The notes under the pieces were generated by a model, which was not told the origin of the DNA, did not search any database, and saw only the letters and a list, made by a program, of their open reading frames with translations. From the NCBI GenBank assembly GCA_035546575.1, contig DASZWN010000001.1, positions 49,082 through 113,081 of the forward strand: a DNA stretch of 64,000 bases, written 5' to 3'. This document shows positions 52,277-60,582 of the stretch, one piece after another. This stretch comes from Minisyncoccota bacterium. GTDB taxonomy: Bacteria; Patescibacteriota; Minisyncoccia; Phycocordibacterales; SBAW01. The number at the start of each line of letters is the position of its first letter. Position 1 is the first letter of the stretch. The translations under genes and the position numbers were made by a program.

Positions 52277-54419
52277 TAGGATTGGTTGACGGCACTAAGC
52301 CCTTTCGAGACGCAAAGTCCGGATCAACAGCCTTAATTGAGAGATTGATGCGGCCCTTCTCGTCTATCTCCTTTATCATAACCCGAACTTTGTCCCCTAC
52401 CGCTACCGCACTTGATATTTTGTCGATACGAAACGGCGCAACTTCAGACACATGCACAAGACCCTCGGCGTCTTTGCCTGGGCCGATGCGTACGAATGCA
52501 CCAAAGTCCATGAGGCGTGTAACTTCGCCTTCATAAATCTCTCCGGCTTTATACTCTTTAACAAGCGCTTCGATCATTGCCTTGGCCATCTGGGCTGCGC
52601 CGTTTTTGCCGGTGATAAATACCGAGCCATCGTCTTCTATCGTAATGTCATCCACCTCGGACATATCGCGGATGTTGTTGATAGTCTTGCCGCCGCCGCC
52701 GATTACCAAGCCGATCTGATCAGGCTTGACCTTCATGGTTACAATTTCCGGTGCGCGGGCAGATATGGTTGCGCGAGGTGCGGCGATCTCCTTCTCAATC
52801 GTGTCGAGAATCTGAAGCCGTGCTTTTTTAGCACCGTCGAGCGCCTCGACAAGGATCGGCACCGGAATGCCGTCGAGCTTAATGTCGAGCTGGATTGCAG
52901 TGATGCCCTCGCGGGTGCCAGCCACTTTAAAATCCATGCCGCCAAATTCGTCCTCGGGTCCTTGAATGTCGGTGAGCACGCGGTTCTCTCCGTTGTGCGT
53001 CATGAGACCCATCGCGATGCCGGCAACCGGAGCCTTAATCGGCACGCCGCCGTCCATGAGCGCGAGCGTCGAGGCGCAGACAGAGCCCATCGAGGTCGAT
53101 CCGTTTGATGCAAAACACTCAGAAACGAGGCGGATCGTGTATGGAAAGGTCGCAGCATCTGGTATCACCGCTTCGAGCGCTTTCTCCGCAAGAGCGCCGT
53201 GGCCTATTGCGCGGCGGTTGATGCCGCCCATGCGGCCCGTCTCTCCAGCGGAGAACGGCGGGAAGTTGTAGTGATGCATGAATCGCTTTTTAACATCATG
53301 TTCCTCCATCGTGTCGACAAGCTGGCTGTCGCCGGGGCCGCCGAGCGTGAGCGCGGTGAATACGTGTGTGCCTCCGCGATAAAAGATACCGCTGCCGTGA
53401 AGTATCGGCGAAATGCCGCCGGCTTTAGCAAACAATGGGCGGATCTGGTCGAACGGACGGTTGTCAGGGCGCTTGTTGTCCTCGATAGCGCCGCGATGGA
53501 TCTCCTCGTCAACCTTGTCCTCCATAAACCGCTTTACCAAACCTGACTTAATTTCTTTAAGCGCCTCATCAGCGGCAACTGCATCCATCCACTCATGCTG
53601 TACCTCGTGTATTGCGTCTTTGCCGGCAATACCGCAGAAGACAGCATCGCGGACCTTAGTAGCAAACTGTGCCTCGTAGAGTGCCGTGAGTGCTGCCGGG
53701 ATCTCCGGCTTTGCGGCATCGGTTTTTGCCTTGCCGACCTCGGCAATAATCTTTTTCTGCCAATCTAAAATTTTGTTGTGCTCCTCTACCGAGAGTGCAA
53801 AGCCCGCGGCAACATCCGCCTCGCTTGCCTCCTGCCCTGCGACCTCGATCATGTTAATAGTGCCGTCTTTGCCGCATGCCAAAATGTCGAGTGTCGTTTC
53901 TGCCGCATCGCGCTGCGCGTACGTTGGGTTGACGATAAAGTCTCCGCTCCCCTGCTTGCCGATGCGCACTGCGGCAACAGGCCCGCCCCACGGAATTTGT
54001 GAGGTTGCGAGCGCGAGGCTGGCTGCATTGACTGCAACCACGTCAGGATCCTCCTCGTCGAGCGCGAGCACCGTAATAACTACCTGGATCTCGTTGCGGA
54101 TATGCGATGGGAACAGCGGACGGATCGTGCGGTCTACCACGCGGCCCGAGAGTGTTGCTTGCTCGCTTGGCCTGCCTTCGCGCTTGATAAAGCGGCTGCC
54201 GAGGATTTTGCCTGCTGCGTAAAAGCGTTCCTCATAGTCGACCGTAAGCGGAAAGTAATCGATATCGTCGCGCGTCTTCTGCGACATGACTGCGGTTGCG
54301 AGTACTGCGGTGTTGCCGTAGCGCAAGATAACCGAGCCGCTTGCCTGCTCTGCCAGGTCGGTAAACTCGGCAATCATCTTCTTGCCGCCCACCTCTGTCT
54401 CAAATGTTTTGCTTTGCAT
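52227..54419 (-). CDS. pnp: Polyribonucleotide nucleotidyltransferase (PNPase)
   Basis: 730 aa. It has two RNase PH domains, a KH domain and a C-terminal S1 domain (GEIYEGEVTRLMDFGAFV), plus a basic tail. Confidence 0.9.
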   Translation of the reverse strand: MQSKTFETEVGGKKMIAEFTDLAEQASGSVILRYGNTAVLATAVMSQKTRDDIDYFPLTVDYEERFYAAGKILGSRFIKREGRPSEQATLSGRVVDRTIRPLFPSHIRNEIQVVITVLALDEEDPDVVAVNAASLALATSQIPWGGPVAAVRIGKQGSGDFIVNPTYAQRDAAETTLDILACGKDGTINMIEVAGQEASEADVAAGFALSVEEHNKILDWQKKIIAEVGKAKTDAAKPEIPAALTALYEAQFATKVRDAVFCGIAGKDAIHEVQHEWMDAVAADEALKEIKSGLVKRFMEDKVDEEIHRGAIEDNKRPDNRPFDQIRPLFAKAGGISPILHGSGIFYRGGTHVFTALTLGGPGDSQLVDTMEEHDVKKRFMHHYNFPPFSAGETGRMGGINRRAIGHGALAEKALEAVIPDAATFPYTIRLVSECFASNGSTSMGSVCASTLALMDGGVPIKAPVAGIAMGLMTHNGENRVLTDIQGPEDEFGGMDFKVAGTREGITAIQLDIKLDGIPVPILVEALDGAKKARLQILDTIEKEIAAPRATISARAPEIVTMKVKPDQIGLVIGGGGKTINNIRDMSEVDDITIEDDGSVFITGKNGAAQMAKAMIEALVKEYKAGEIYEGEVTRLMDFGAFVRIGPGKDAEGLVHVSEVAPFRIDKISSAVAVGDKVRVMIKEIDEKGRINLSIKAVDPDFASRKGLVPSTNPNGSQSDRSPRPPRREF

Positions 54420-54516
54420 TCGCTTGGTAAGCGAAGAGGGTGAATTTTAGGTCTCAAGCGGTCTTGAGAATCTACCTATCCACCCGCTTCGCGATTACTT
54501 ATATATAGAGACTGTA
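54420..54516 (-). promoter_or_regulatory. pnp 5' leader with stem-loop (TCTCAAG-CGGT-CTTGAGA)
   Basis: About 100-nt untranslated leader between the upstream terminator and the pnp ATG. It contains a 7-bp hairpin, consistent with an RNase III / PNPase autoregulatory leader. This is inferred by analogy with E. coli pnp. Confidence 0.35.
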
Positions 54517-54551
54517 GCAAAAAAGCTCCGCTGTTTCCAGCGGAGCTTTTT
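54517..54551 (-). terminator. Rho-independent terminator after the NYN-domain gene
   Basis: Minus-strand reading: AAAAAGCTCCGCTG-GAAA-CAGCGGAGC followed by TTTTTTGC. Confidence 0.75.
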
Positions 54552-54558
54552 GATGCTG

Positions 54559-55209
54559 TTATTCCCCAGACATTTTTATTGCCGGATCTTCCCCTTCAAA
54601 GTCATCGGGAGCCTCGGTGTTTTCTGGGCTGGTGTCAGCATTCTGTGCGCGATCGTCGGAACCGGAGGTAAAGCCCGGTATCCACCCGCGGTTACTGCCG
54701 CGGTAGCCTATCAAGTAGTTGCGCGGGTCGTCGCACATGTCGATAAACTCATCCGCCACTTCGCGCAGCTGGCCCGATGACGACTTGCCGAACGCGATGA
54801 CCTCAACCTGGCAGCCGTGCGCATAGCGCAGATACTCTACGAGCGGGACAAAGTCGCCGTCGCCGGTTGCAAGGATGATAGTGTCGAGCTTTTGCGCCAT
54901 CGCAACGATGTCGATAGTCGTGCCCAGGTCCCAGTCGGCCTTTTTAGCGCCGCCTGCAAACACGCGGATGTCTTTGACCTTGGTTTCGATGCCGAGCTTG
55001 TTAAGCGCCTCAAAGAAGCCTTTTTCGTCCTCCGACTCGGTGCGGATAACGTAGGCTACTGCTCTAATGAGCTGGCGCCCGGCAAGCGCTTCTTTAACTA
55101 CATTGCCAAAGTTTACCTTTGCGCGATAGAGATTTTTAGCGGAGTGGTAGAGATTTTGCGTGTCTATAAAAATGCCGACACGCTGGCTTTTATGCTTAAT
55201 GATTGCCAT
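54559..55209 (-). CDS. NYN/LabA-like domain protein (predicted RNase) between rpsO and pnp
   Basis: It reads MAIIKHKSQRVGIFIDTQNLYHSAKNLY...ILATGDGDFVPLVEYL, the NYN (DUF88/LabA) signature with conserved Asp residues. The C-terminal tail is acidic. Confidence 0.75.
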   Translation of the reverse strand: MAIIKHKSQRVGIFIDTQNLYHSAKNLYRAKVNFGNVVKEALAGRQLIRAVAYVIRTESEDEKGFFEALNKLGIETKVKDIRVFAGGAKKADWDLGTTIDIVAMAQKLDTIILATGDGDFVPLVEYLRYAHGCQVEVIAFGKSSSGQLREVADEFIDMCDDPRNYLIGYRGSNRGWIPGFTSGSDDRAQNADTSPENTEAPDDFEGEDPAIKMSGE

Positions 55210-55310
55210 AGAAATATGTAGAACTAACTAACGTAAATAAAGAGTGAACACTTCAGGAACAAAATAGGGAATATAAAAATCGACCTTCCCTACCCATATA
55301 CTACACCCGA

Positions 55311-55347
55311 GCGAGAAAAAAATTTCCTGCCTACCGCAGGCAGGCGC
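55311..55347 (-). terminator. rpsO terminator formed by a palindrome-family copy (CCTGCCTGCGGTAGGCAGG + T7 on the minus strand)
   Basis: Just 3' of the rpsO stop, the minus strand reads CCTGCCT-GCGGT-AGGCAGG then AAATTTTTTT. This is the 19-bp (1-nt shorter) variant of the repeat family. Confidence 0.7.
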
Positions 55348-55353
55348 TACTTC

Positions 55354-55620
55354 TTATTTCTTCAAACCCAATTTCTTAACAAGTGCGTTGTAGCGCTTCT
55401 TGTTTGAGCCTTCGAGATACTTCAAATGTGTGCGGCGGTCTGCAACCATCTGGAGGAGGCCGCGGCGCGAGTGCTTATCTTTATCGTGTTTGCGCAAATG
55501 CGAGGTAAGCTCGTCGATTTTCTTAGACAAAAGGGCTACCTGTACCTCAGGCGAGCCTGTATCGGTGTCATGAATCGCCGCCTCCTTTATTACTTTAGTC
55601 TTTTTCTGCTTGGTGAGCAT
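55354..55620 (-). CDS. rpsO: 30S ribosomal protein S15
   Basis: 88 aa. A conserved region reads ...GSPEVQVALLSKKIDELTSHLRKHDKDKHSRRGLLQMVADRRTHLKYL. Confidence 0.9.
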   Translation of the reverse strand: MLTKQKKTKVIKEAAIHDTDTGSPEVQVALLSKKIDELTSHLRKHDKDKHSRRGLLQMVADRRTHLKYLEGSNKKRYNALVKKLGLKK

Positions 55621-55662
55621 GAAGACATACTATCACAAGGTGTCAATTTACGCAAGCCCCGT

Positions 55663-55706
55663 CTATATATAAAAGAATCCGCCGCCTCTCGAGTGAGAGG
55701 CGGCGG
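55663..55706 (-). terminator. Rho-independent terminator after the SleB-like hydrolase gene
   Basis: Minus-strand reading: CCGCCGCCTCTC-ACTC-GAGAGGCGGCGG followed by ATTCTTTTATATAT. Confidence 0.7.
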
Positions 55707-55714
55707 AGAAGTTA

Positions 55715-56284
55715 CTAACTTGTGAGTTCAGGCGGCTCCACACTGACGAACTTTCCGCACTTGAACCGAGGCGGGACAAGCCACGCCGGATCCTGAGAAT
55801 AGAAATAGTGGTTCCCCACTATCCCCGCTTGCCGGAAGGTCGTTGCCATCCAGCACCGGTTCTCCGGGTCGCTCGTATCCGGGTTCATGTAATACCGGGC
55901 ATTCTTGAGCAACTCGCCAGGAGGTTCAAAGAATCCGAGCGCTACCCACGTAGCAATGGCTTTCGCCTTTTCCCACGCAAGCCCCGACGGAGCCTTTTGT
56001 TTGATCTTGGGGTCGCACGTCCACGAGAACTGGCAACCTTTAAAGACCACACCCTTGATCGTCTTGCCGCCCCATTGCTTGCGGTTGTCTGCCGCTCGCA
56101 TCAAGGTAACGTAGGCGATCATGTATTGGCCCAACTCGGGCTCCCCGCGGCCTTCGTGATACACGTTGAGGGCCATCGGGATAATCTGCGAGCGATAGAA
56201 GGCCTCTTCGCTCGTTTGATCTGATCTCGCCTCCCCTGCCGCACACATCGCAAGCAGAAAGGCAAGTACGCACAGATACCGCAT
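55715..56284 (-). CDS. SleB/CwlJ-family (Hydrolase_2) cell-wall hydrolase
   Basis: It has a signal peptide (MRYLCVLAFLLAMCAAGEA). The family signature reads ALNVYHEGRGEPELGQYMIAYVTLMRA...VVFKGCQFSW. The start is taken at the internal Met. Confidence 0.65.
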   Translation of the reverse strand: MRYLCVLAFLLAMCAAGEARSDQTSEEAFYRSQIIPMALNVYHEGRGEPELGQYMIAYVTLMRAADNRKQWGGKTIKGVVFKGCQFSWTCDPKIKQKAPSGLAWEKAKAIATWVALGFFEPPGELLKNARYYMNPDTSDPENRCWMATTFRQAGIVGNHYFYSQDPAWLVPPRFKCGKFVSVEPPELTS

Positions 56285-56395
56285 TTTCAAGCTCCGTTCG
56301 ATGGTTGTAGCCATCGACCCCCGGAACACTAACCGATATCAAGTATAGCATACTACAACACATTTGTCAAGCATTAGGGAAACCATGATAAAATT

Positions 56396-57316
56396 GTGCG
56401 ACGCATGGCCTCTAGCGATTTAAAAACACTAAAAGTCGAGTTTCTGGAGTACTTAGAGATAGAGAAAGGCCGCTCTATAAAGACGGTCGAGAATTACGAC
56501 CGCTACCTCTCCCGCTATCTCGCGTTTGCTAAAGTCTCCTCCCCTGCCGCCATTACTGAGCGCTCGGTACGCGAGTTCCGCATCCACCTCAACCGCCAGC
56601 AAGGTATATCCGGCACGATGAAGCACAAGACCCAGAACTACTACATGATTTCTCTGCGCGCGTTCCTTAAGTTTTTGCGCAAGCGCGAGATAGAGTCGCT
56701 CAACCCCGAGCGCATCGAGCTAGCCAAGATCGGTGCTCGCGACCTCGACCTAATATCGAGCGAGGAGCTCAACCGGCTTATCAATGGCCCCAAAGGCGAC
56801 TCGCTCACCGCGCTGCGCGACAAAGCTATCATGGAGCTTTTTTTCTCGACCGGTTTGCGCGTATCGGAGCTCACCGGCCTTAATCGCGATCTCGACCTCT
56901 CGCGCGACGAGTTTAGCGTGCGCGGCAAGGGCGAGAAGGTCCGGGTGGTGTTTCTCTCCCCCGCTGCCAAGGCTGCGATAAAAAAATATCTCGACAAGCG
57001 CGGCGACATAGACGACGCGCTCTTTATACAAATGGGCAAAGCATCCAAAACTGCTAAACAATTGCGGCTTACTCCCCGCTCGGTGGAGCGCATGATCAAG
57101 CAGTATGCAACCAAGGCCGGCATCACCCGCAAAGTAACCCCGCATGTGATCCGCCACTCTTTTGCGACCGACCTGCTAGAGAGCGGCGCCGATCTGCGCT
57201 CAGTGCAGGCGCTCTTGGGCCATGCAAACATTGCGACAACCCAGGTCTATACGCACATCACCGACAAACACCTGAGAGAAATCCATAAAAAATTCCACGG
57301 CCAGCGGAGGAAGTAA
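56396..57316 (+). CDS. Tyrosine recombinase, XerC/XerD family
   Basis: 306 aa. It has a core-binding domain and a catalytic domain with R...HxxR...Y (RHSFATDLLESGADLRSVQALLGHANIATTQVYTHI). Confidence 0.85.
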   Translation: MRRMASSDLKTLKVEFLEYLEIEKGRSIKTVENYDRYLSRYLAFAKVSSPAAITERSVREFRIHLNRQQGISGTMKHKTQNYYMISLRAFLKFLRKREIESLNPERIELAKIGARDLDLISSEELNRLINGPKGDSLTALRDKAIMELFFSTGLRVSELTGLNRDLDLSRDEFSVRGKGEKVRVVFLSPAAKAAIKKYLDKRGDIDDALFIQMGKASKTAKQLRLTPRSVERMIKQYATKAGITRKVTPHVIRHSFATDLLESGADLRSVQALLGHANIATTQVYTHITDKHLREIHKKFHGQRRK

Positions 57317-57320
57317 AAAC

Positions 57321-57353
57321 AAAAGCCGCCCCGATCATTGATGTCGGGGCGGG
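57321..57353. terminator. Hairpin terminator between the recombinase and the convergent hypothetical gene (GCCGCCCCGA-tcattgatg-TCGGGGCGG)
   Basis: 9-bp GC stem with an A-run on the plus side and a T-run on the minus side. Confidence 0.6.
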
Positions 57354-57371
57354 TAGAACTATGGGGCGCGT

Positions 57372-57746
57372 CTAGTGCGCGGGGGAAAGATCAAAGAACA
57401 GGTCTGCACCTATTTGGCTATGCCGGACGGCGCGGATAGTGTTCCGTTTTCCGCTCGTAATCTCTTCCCTGAGAAGTAATTCAGCACACTCGCCATTGCT
57501 GAACTCTTGCTCAAGAAGACGGCAGAGATCCTGCTGACCTTCACGGCTCATTGCGCCGATGAAAAGGTGCACGTCCTTCGAAGTGGTGCCAAGCACCCAG
57601 TTGGCACCAAGCCGATCGTTCTTTACGTACGTTCGGTACACTCGCGCTCCTTGGGAGGCAATTCGCGCAAGATCAGTTACGACCTTGTTGAGGTAAACAT
57701 ATTCAGGGTGGTCACCATTGGGCCGTGCCACTTGAACTACACGCAT
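57372..57746 (-). CDS. Hypothetical protein
   Basis: ORF 57372..57812 with the start likely at MRVVQVARPNG. It has no recognisable motif. Confidence 0.3.
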   Translation of the reverse strand: MRVVQVARPNGDHPEYVYLNKVVTDLARIASQGARVYRTYVKNDRLGANWVLGTTSKDVHLFIGAMSREGQQDLCRLLEQEFSNGECAELLLREEITSGKRNTIRAVRHSQIGADLFFDLSPAH

Positions 57747-57873
57747 TGCAGATTCTCCTTTTTCGTAGGATCCGCGGTAGCGTCGAACCCGCATACCTAT
57801 CGAGAGGAACAAACGACGCTACCTACAGATTACCAGTAAAAATCAGATATGTCAATTATGGTATTCTGAGGCC

Positions 57874-58665
57874 ATGAAACTCATCTCCTGGAATGTTAAT
57901 GGGATACGGGCTGTGCATAATAAAGGCTTATTTCTGGCTTTTATTGCCAAATACAAGCCGGATATCCTCTGTTTGCAGGAGACAAAGGCCTTGCCTGGCC
58001 AGGCGGAGATCGACCTGCCCGAGTACGAGGAGTACTGGAATTCGGCCGAGAAAAAGGGCTACAGCGGCACTGCAATTTTTACCAAAATAAAGCCTCTGAG
58101 CATCCGGTTGGGCTTCCCAAGCGAGATAGCCAAGAAATACAAGCTAAAAGACGATTACGGCGACACCGGGACCGAGGGCCGTATCATTGCGGCGGAGTTT
58201 AAAGACTTTTGGGTAGTAACCGTCTACACCCCCAACTCTAAGCCTGATCTCTCGCGGCTCGCTATGCGCCATCAGCACTGGGACCCTGCTTTTTTGGCCT
58301 ATGTAAAGCAGCTCGAGAAGGAGAAACCTGTTATATTCTGCGGCGACCTGAATGCTGCCCATACGGCCGAGGACCTCGCCAACCCCAAGGCCAACGAAGG
58401 CGAGCACGGCTTCACCCCCGAGGAGCGCGAGGGCATAGGGCAGATCATTAAAGCGGGGTTTGTAGACTCCTTCCGGCATTTTACCCCCACTGGCAATGGC
58501 CACTACACCTGGTGGACCCACTGGGCCAACTCTCGGGCGCGCAATGTGGGTTGGCGCATAGACTATTTCTTTGTATCTAAAAAACTGGCCTCAAAGCTCA
58601 AAAAAGCGGAGATTTTGGCCGAGGTTATGGGCTCAGACCACTGCCCTGTTTCCATCGAGTTCTAA
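57874..58665 (+). CDS. xth: Exodeoxyribonuclease III (AP endonuclease)
   Basis: It reads MKLISWNVNGIRA...ILCLQETK...GDLNAAH...SDHCPV, the EEP-family catalytic motifs. Confidence 0.9.
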   Translation: MKLISWNVNGIRAVHNKGLFLAFIAKYKPDILCLQETKALPGQAEIDLPEYEEYWNSAEKKGYSGTAIFTKIKPLSIRLGFPSEIAKKYKLKDDYGDTGTEGRIIAAEFKDFWVVTVYTPNSKPDLSRLAMRHQHWDPAFLAYVKQLEKEKPVIFCGDLNAAHTAEDLANPKANEGEHGFTPEEREGIGQIIKAGFVDSFRHFTPTGNGHYTWWTHWANSRARNVGWRIDYFFVSKKLASKLKKAEILAEVMGSDHCPVSIEF

Positions 58666-59000
58666 TACAAAACTCCGCCCTTGGAGTAGTGGGCGGAGTG
58701 CGGGCAATATCATAAAGTTGGAAGCAAACGAACTTGTGCTTCTATCGATCGTTTGGCGTTAGAAATCCAAATTTTTTAGAACCAAGTTTAGGGGATTCTT
58801 ACGCTATAGCGACCGAACGACAATGACTATGTGATAGTGCCCAATGCGTGTACATCGCATTAGGGACAGAGCAACCTTTTATCTACCCAGGGTTTAAATA
58901 GAAAAAGGAATTTTTTATTTGTATCCGATATTGATAATATGTCCTTTAGAAAAAGTGTAAAGGACATAAAAGACAAATCTGTGGACAACTGCCGAAATCG

Positions 59001-60473
59001 CTAATCTACGAAGTGTTTTTTGCGGATTTCTTGTATATCAGCCTCCTCTGCGGCATCTTTTTTCTCCTTTCCCTCTTCACCAAGTGTTCGAAGTTTTGTA
59101 TCTGAAAGCTTAGCCAGCTCCAGAGTTTTCTTTTCCAGAAACTCTTTTGTGTTTAGGTCCGGGTCATCGAGCACAAGTTCAAGGAGGGCATGGAGTATCC
59201 ACCCAATGCGCGGGCCGGGGCTTTCACGTGTAACATCCATCACCCCTTTGCCATCGATCTTGAGCATGCTGACTGAAATCGGGTCTCGGAGTGCCTGGTC
59301 TATCATGGCTTGATACTTGCGTAGCCGGAATGGCTGCTCCTTGGGCCTCCCTGTCCCTATCCGATCACAGATACGCAATTGGACCAGCTCCTCGATGTTT
59401 TCACGGGAAACATTGGTGATAACCCGGCGTACTGCCGAAAGGGTTACCTTGTCTGGGTCGGAAAAGAACATATGCCACCGTACCAGCTTCTCTGTCTTAT
59501 CAATAGTTTCACGTGAAAAATGGAGATCCTCAAGCGCCTTTTTGGTGATACGGGCCCCTACTACATCGTGGCCATGGAACGTCCAGTCCCCCTTCTCCTC
59601 GGACCATCGTCGGGCCTTTGGCTTCCCCACGTCATGAAACAGCGCTGCTAGGCGTACCTCAAAGCTCCACCCCTTATCGGCGGCATGCTGGAGCGAGCGC
59701 ATATTGTGCTCAAAAACGTCGTACGAGTGGGCCTGGTTCTGCTCTACTCCAATCCCTGCTTCTATGTCAGGTGCTATGTAGCGCAAAACCCCTATGCTGT
59801 GGGCCAAAACAAGTGCTTTCATAGGCTTTGTAGAGTTAAGTATCCGGACAAACTCATCGCGAATGCGCTCTCTGGATATTTTGGCCAACTGAGAGGCATT
59901 TTTAGCCATGGCTGCCCGAGTTTCCTCCTCGATAGTGAAGTTGAGTTCTGCAGATATCCGGATAGCTCGCAGGATGCGCAGGGCGTCCTCCGCAAAGCGC
60001 TCGTTAGGATCTCCTACCGCGCGGATCAGATTGTCCTTTATGTCCTTTATACCCTCGTAAAGGTCAACCAGCTCGTTCTTGCTCGGGCTATAGGCCAACG
60101 CATTGATAGTAAAGTCGCGACGTTTAAGATCGTCCTCGAGCTTTTGGCTAAACTGCACACTGTCGGGTCGACGAGCGTCGCTATACTTACCTTCTAGCCT
60201 ATATGGGGTCGCCTCTATCACTTGTAAGGTCTCATCTGTTGTCTCAGTGACTATGCCTACGGTGCCAAAATCGTTGGTATAGAAAGTATTTTCAAATAAC
60301 CCTTGGATTTGCTCAGGATTGGCGTTTGTAGTGATATCCCAGTCCTTAGGGCGCTTCCCTATCAGTAGGTCGCGTATGCAGCCGCCCACCACCCAAGCCT
60401 CAAAGCCAGCATTTTCAAGCTTTTTTGTTACTTTAAGCACTTCTTCAGGGATTTGGCTTTGCCGCACTTGCAT
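59001..60473 (-). CDS. cca: CCA-adding tRNA nucleotidyltransferase with HD domain
   Basis: The head domain reads AWVVGGCIRDLLIGKRPKDWDITT (GG...D.D) and matches PolyA_pol. A C-terminal HD motif (HD(x)GK) is present. Confidence 0.85.
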   Translation of the reverse strand: MQVRQSQIPEEVLKVTKKLENAGFEAWVVGGCIRDLLIGKRPKDWDITTNANPEQIQGLFENTFYTNDFGTVGIVTETTDETLQVIEATPYRLEGKYSDARRPDSVQFSQKLEDDLKRRDFTINALAYSPSKNELVDLYEGIKDIKDNLIRAVGDPNERFAEDALRILRAIRISAELNFTIEEETRAAMAKNASQLAKISRERIRDEFVRILNSTKPMKALVLAHSIGVLRYIAPDIEAGIGVEQNQAHSYDVFEHNMRSLQHAADKGWSFEVRLAALFHDVGKPKARRWSEEKGDWTFHGHDVVGARITKKALEDLHFSRETIDKTEKLVRWHMFFSDPDKVTLSAVRRVITNVSRENIEELVQLRICDRIGTGRPKEQPFRLRKYQAMIDQALRDPISVSMLKIDGKGVMDVTRESPGPRIGWILHALLELVLDDPDLNTKEFLEKKTLELAKLSDTKLRTLGEEGKEKKDAAEEADIQEIRKKHFVD

Positions 60474-60510
60474 GGCACAATTCTAGCACGCCCACCTTGG
60501 GCCTATCTTT

Positions 60511-60582
60511 GCGTCCGTGGTGAAATGGATATCATCGCTGCCTTCGAAGCAGTTGTTGTGGGTTCGAATCCTGCCGGACGCA
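60511..60582 (+). tRNA. tRNA-Arg (anticodon TCG)
   Basis: GCGTCCGTGGTGAAATGGATATCATCGCTGCCTTCGAAGCAGTTGTTGTGGGTTCGAATCCTGCCGGACGCA has anticodon stem GCTGC/GCAGT with loop CTTCGAA. The D-loop AATGGATA is shared with the other Arg tRNAs. The T-stem has two G·U pairs. Confidence 0.65.

Noticed and set aside
56396-57316. Prophage interpretation of the tyrosine recombinase
   Set aside because: No capsid, terminase, portal or tail genes lie anywhere in the window. The neighbours are housekeeping genes, so it is more likely Xer or an isolated remnant.
58673-58698. Hairpin after xth as a confident intrinsic terminator
   Set aside because: It has a good 8-bp GC stem but a 10-nt loop and no downstream U-tract. 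I mention it only under the AT-rich spacer finding.
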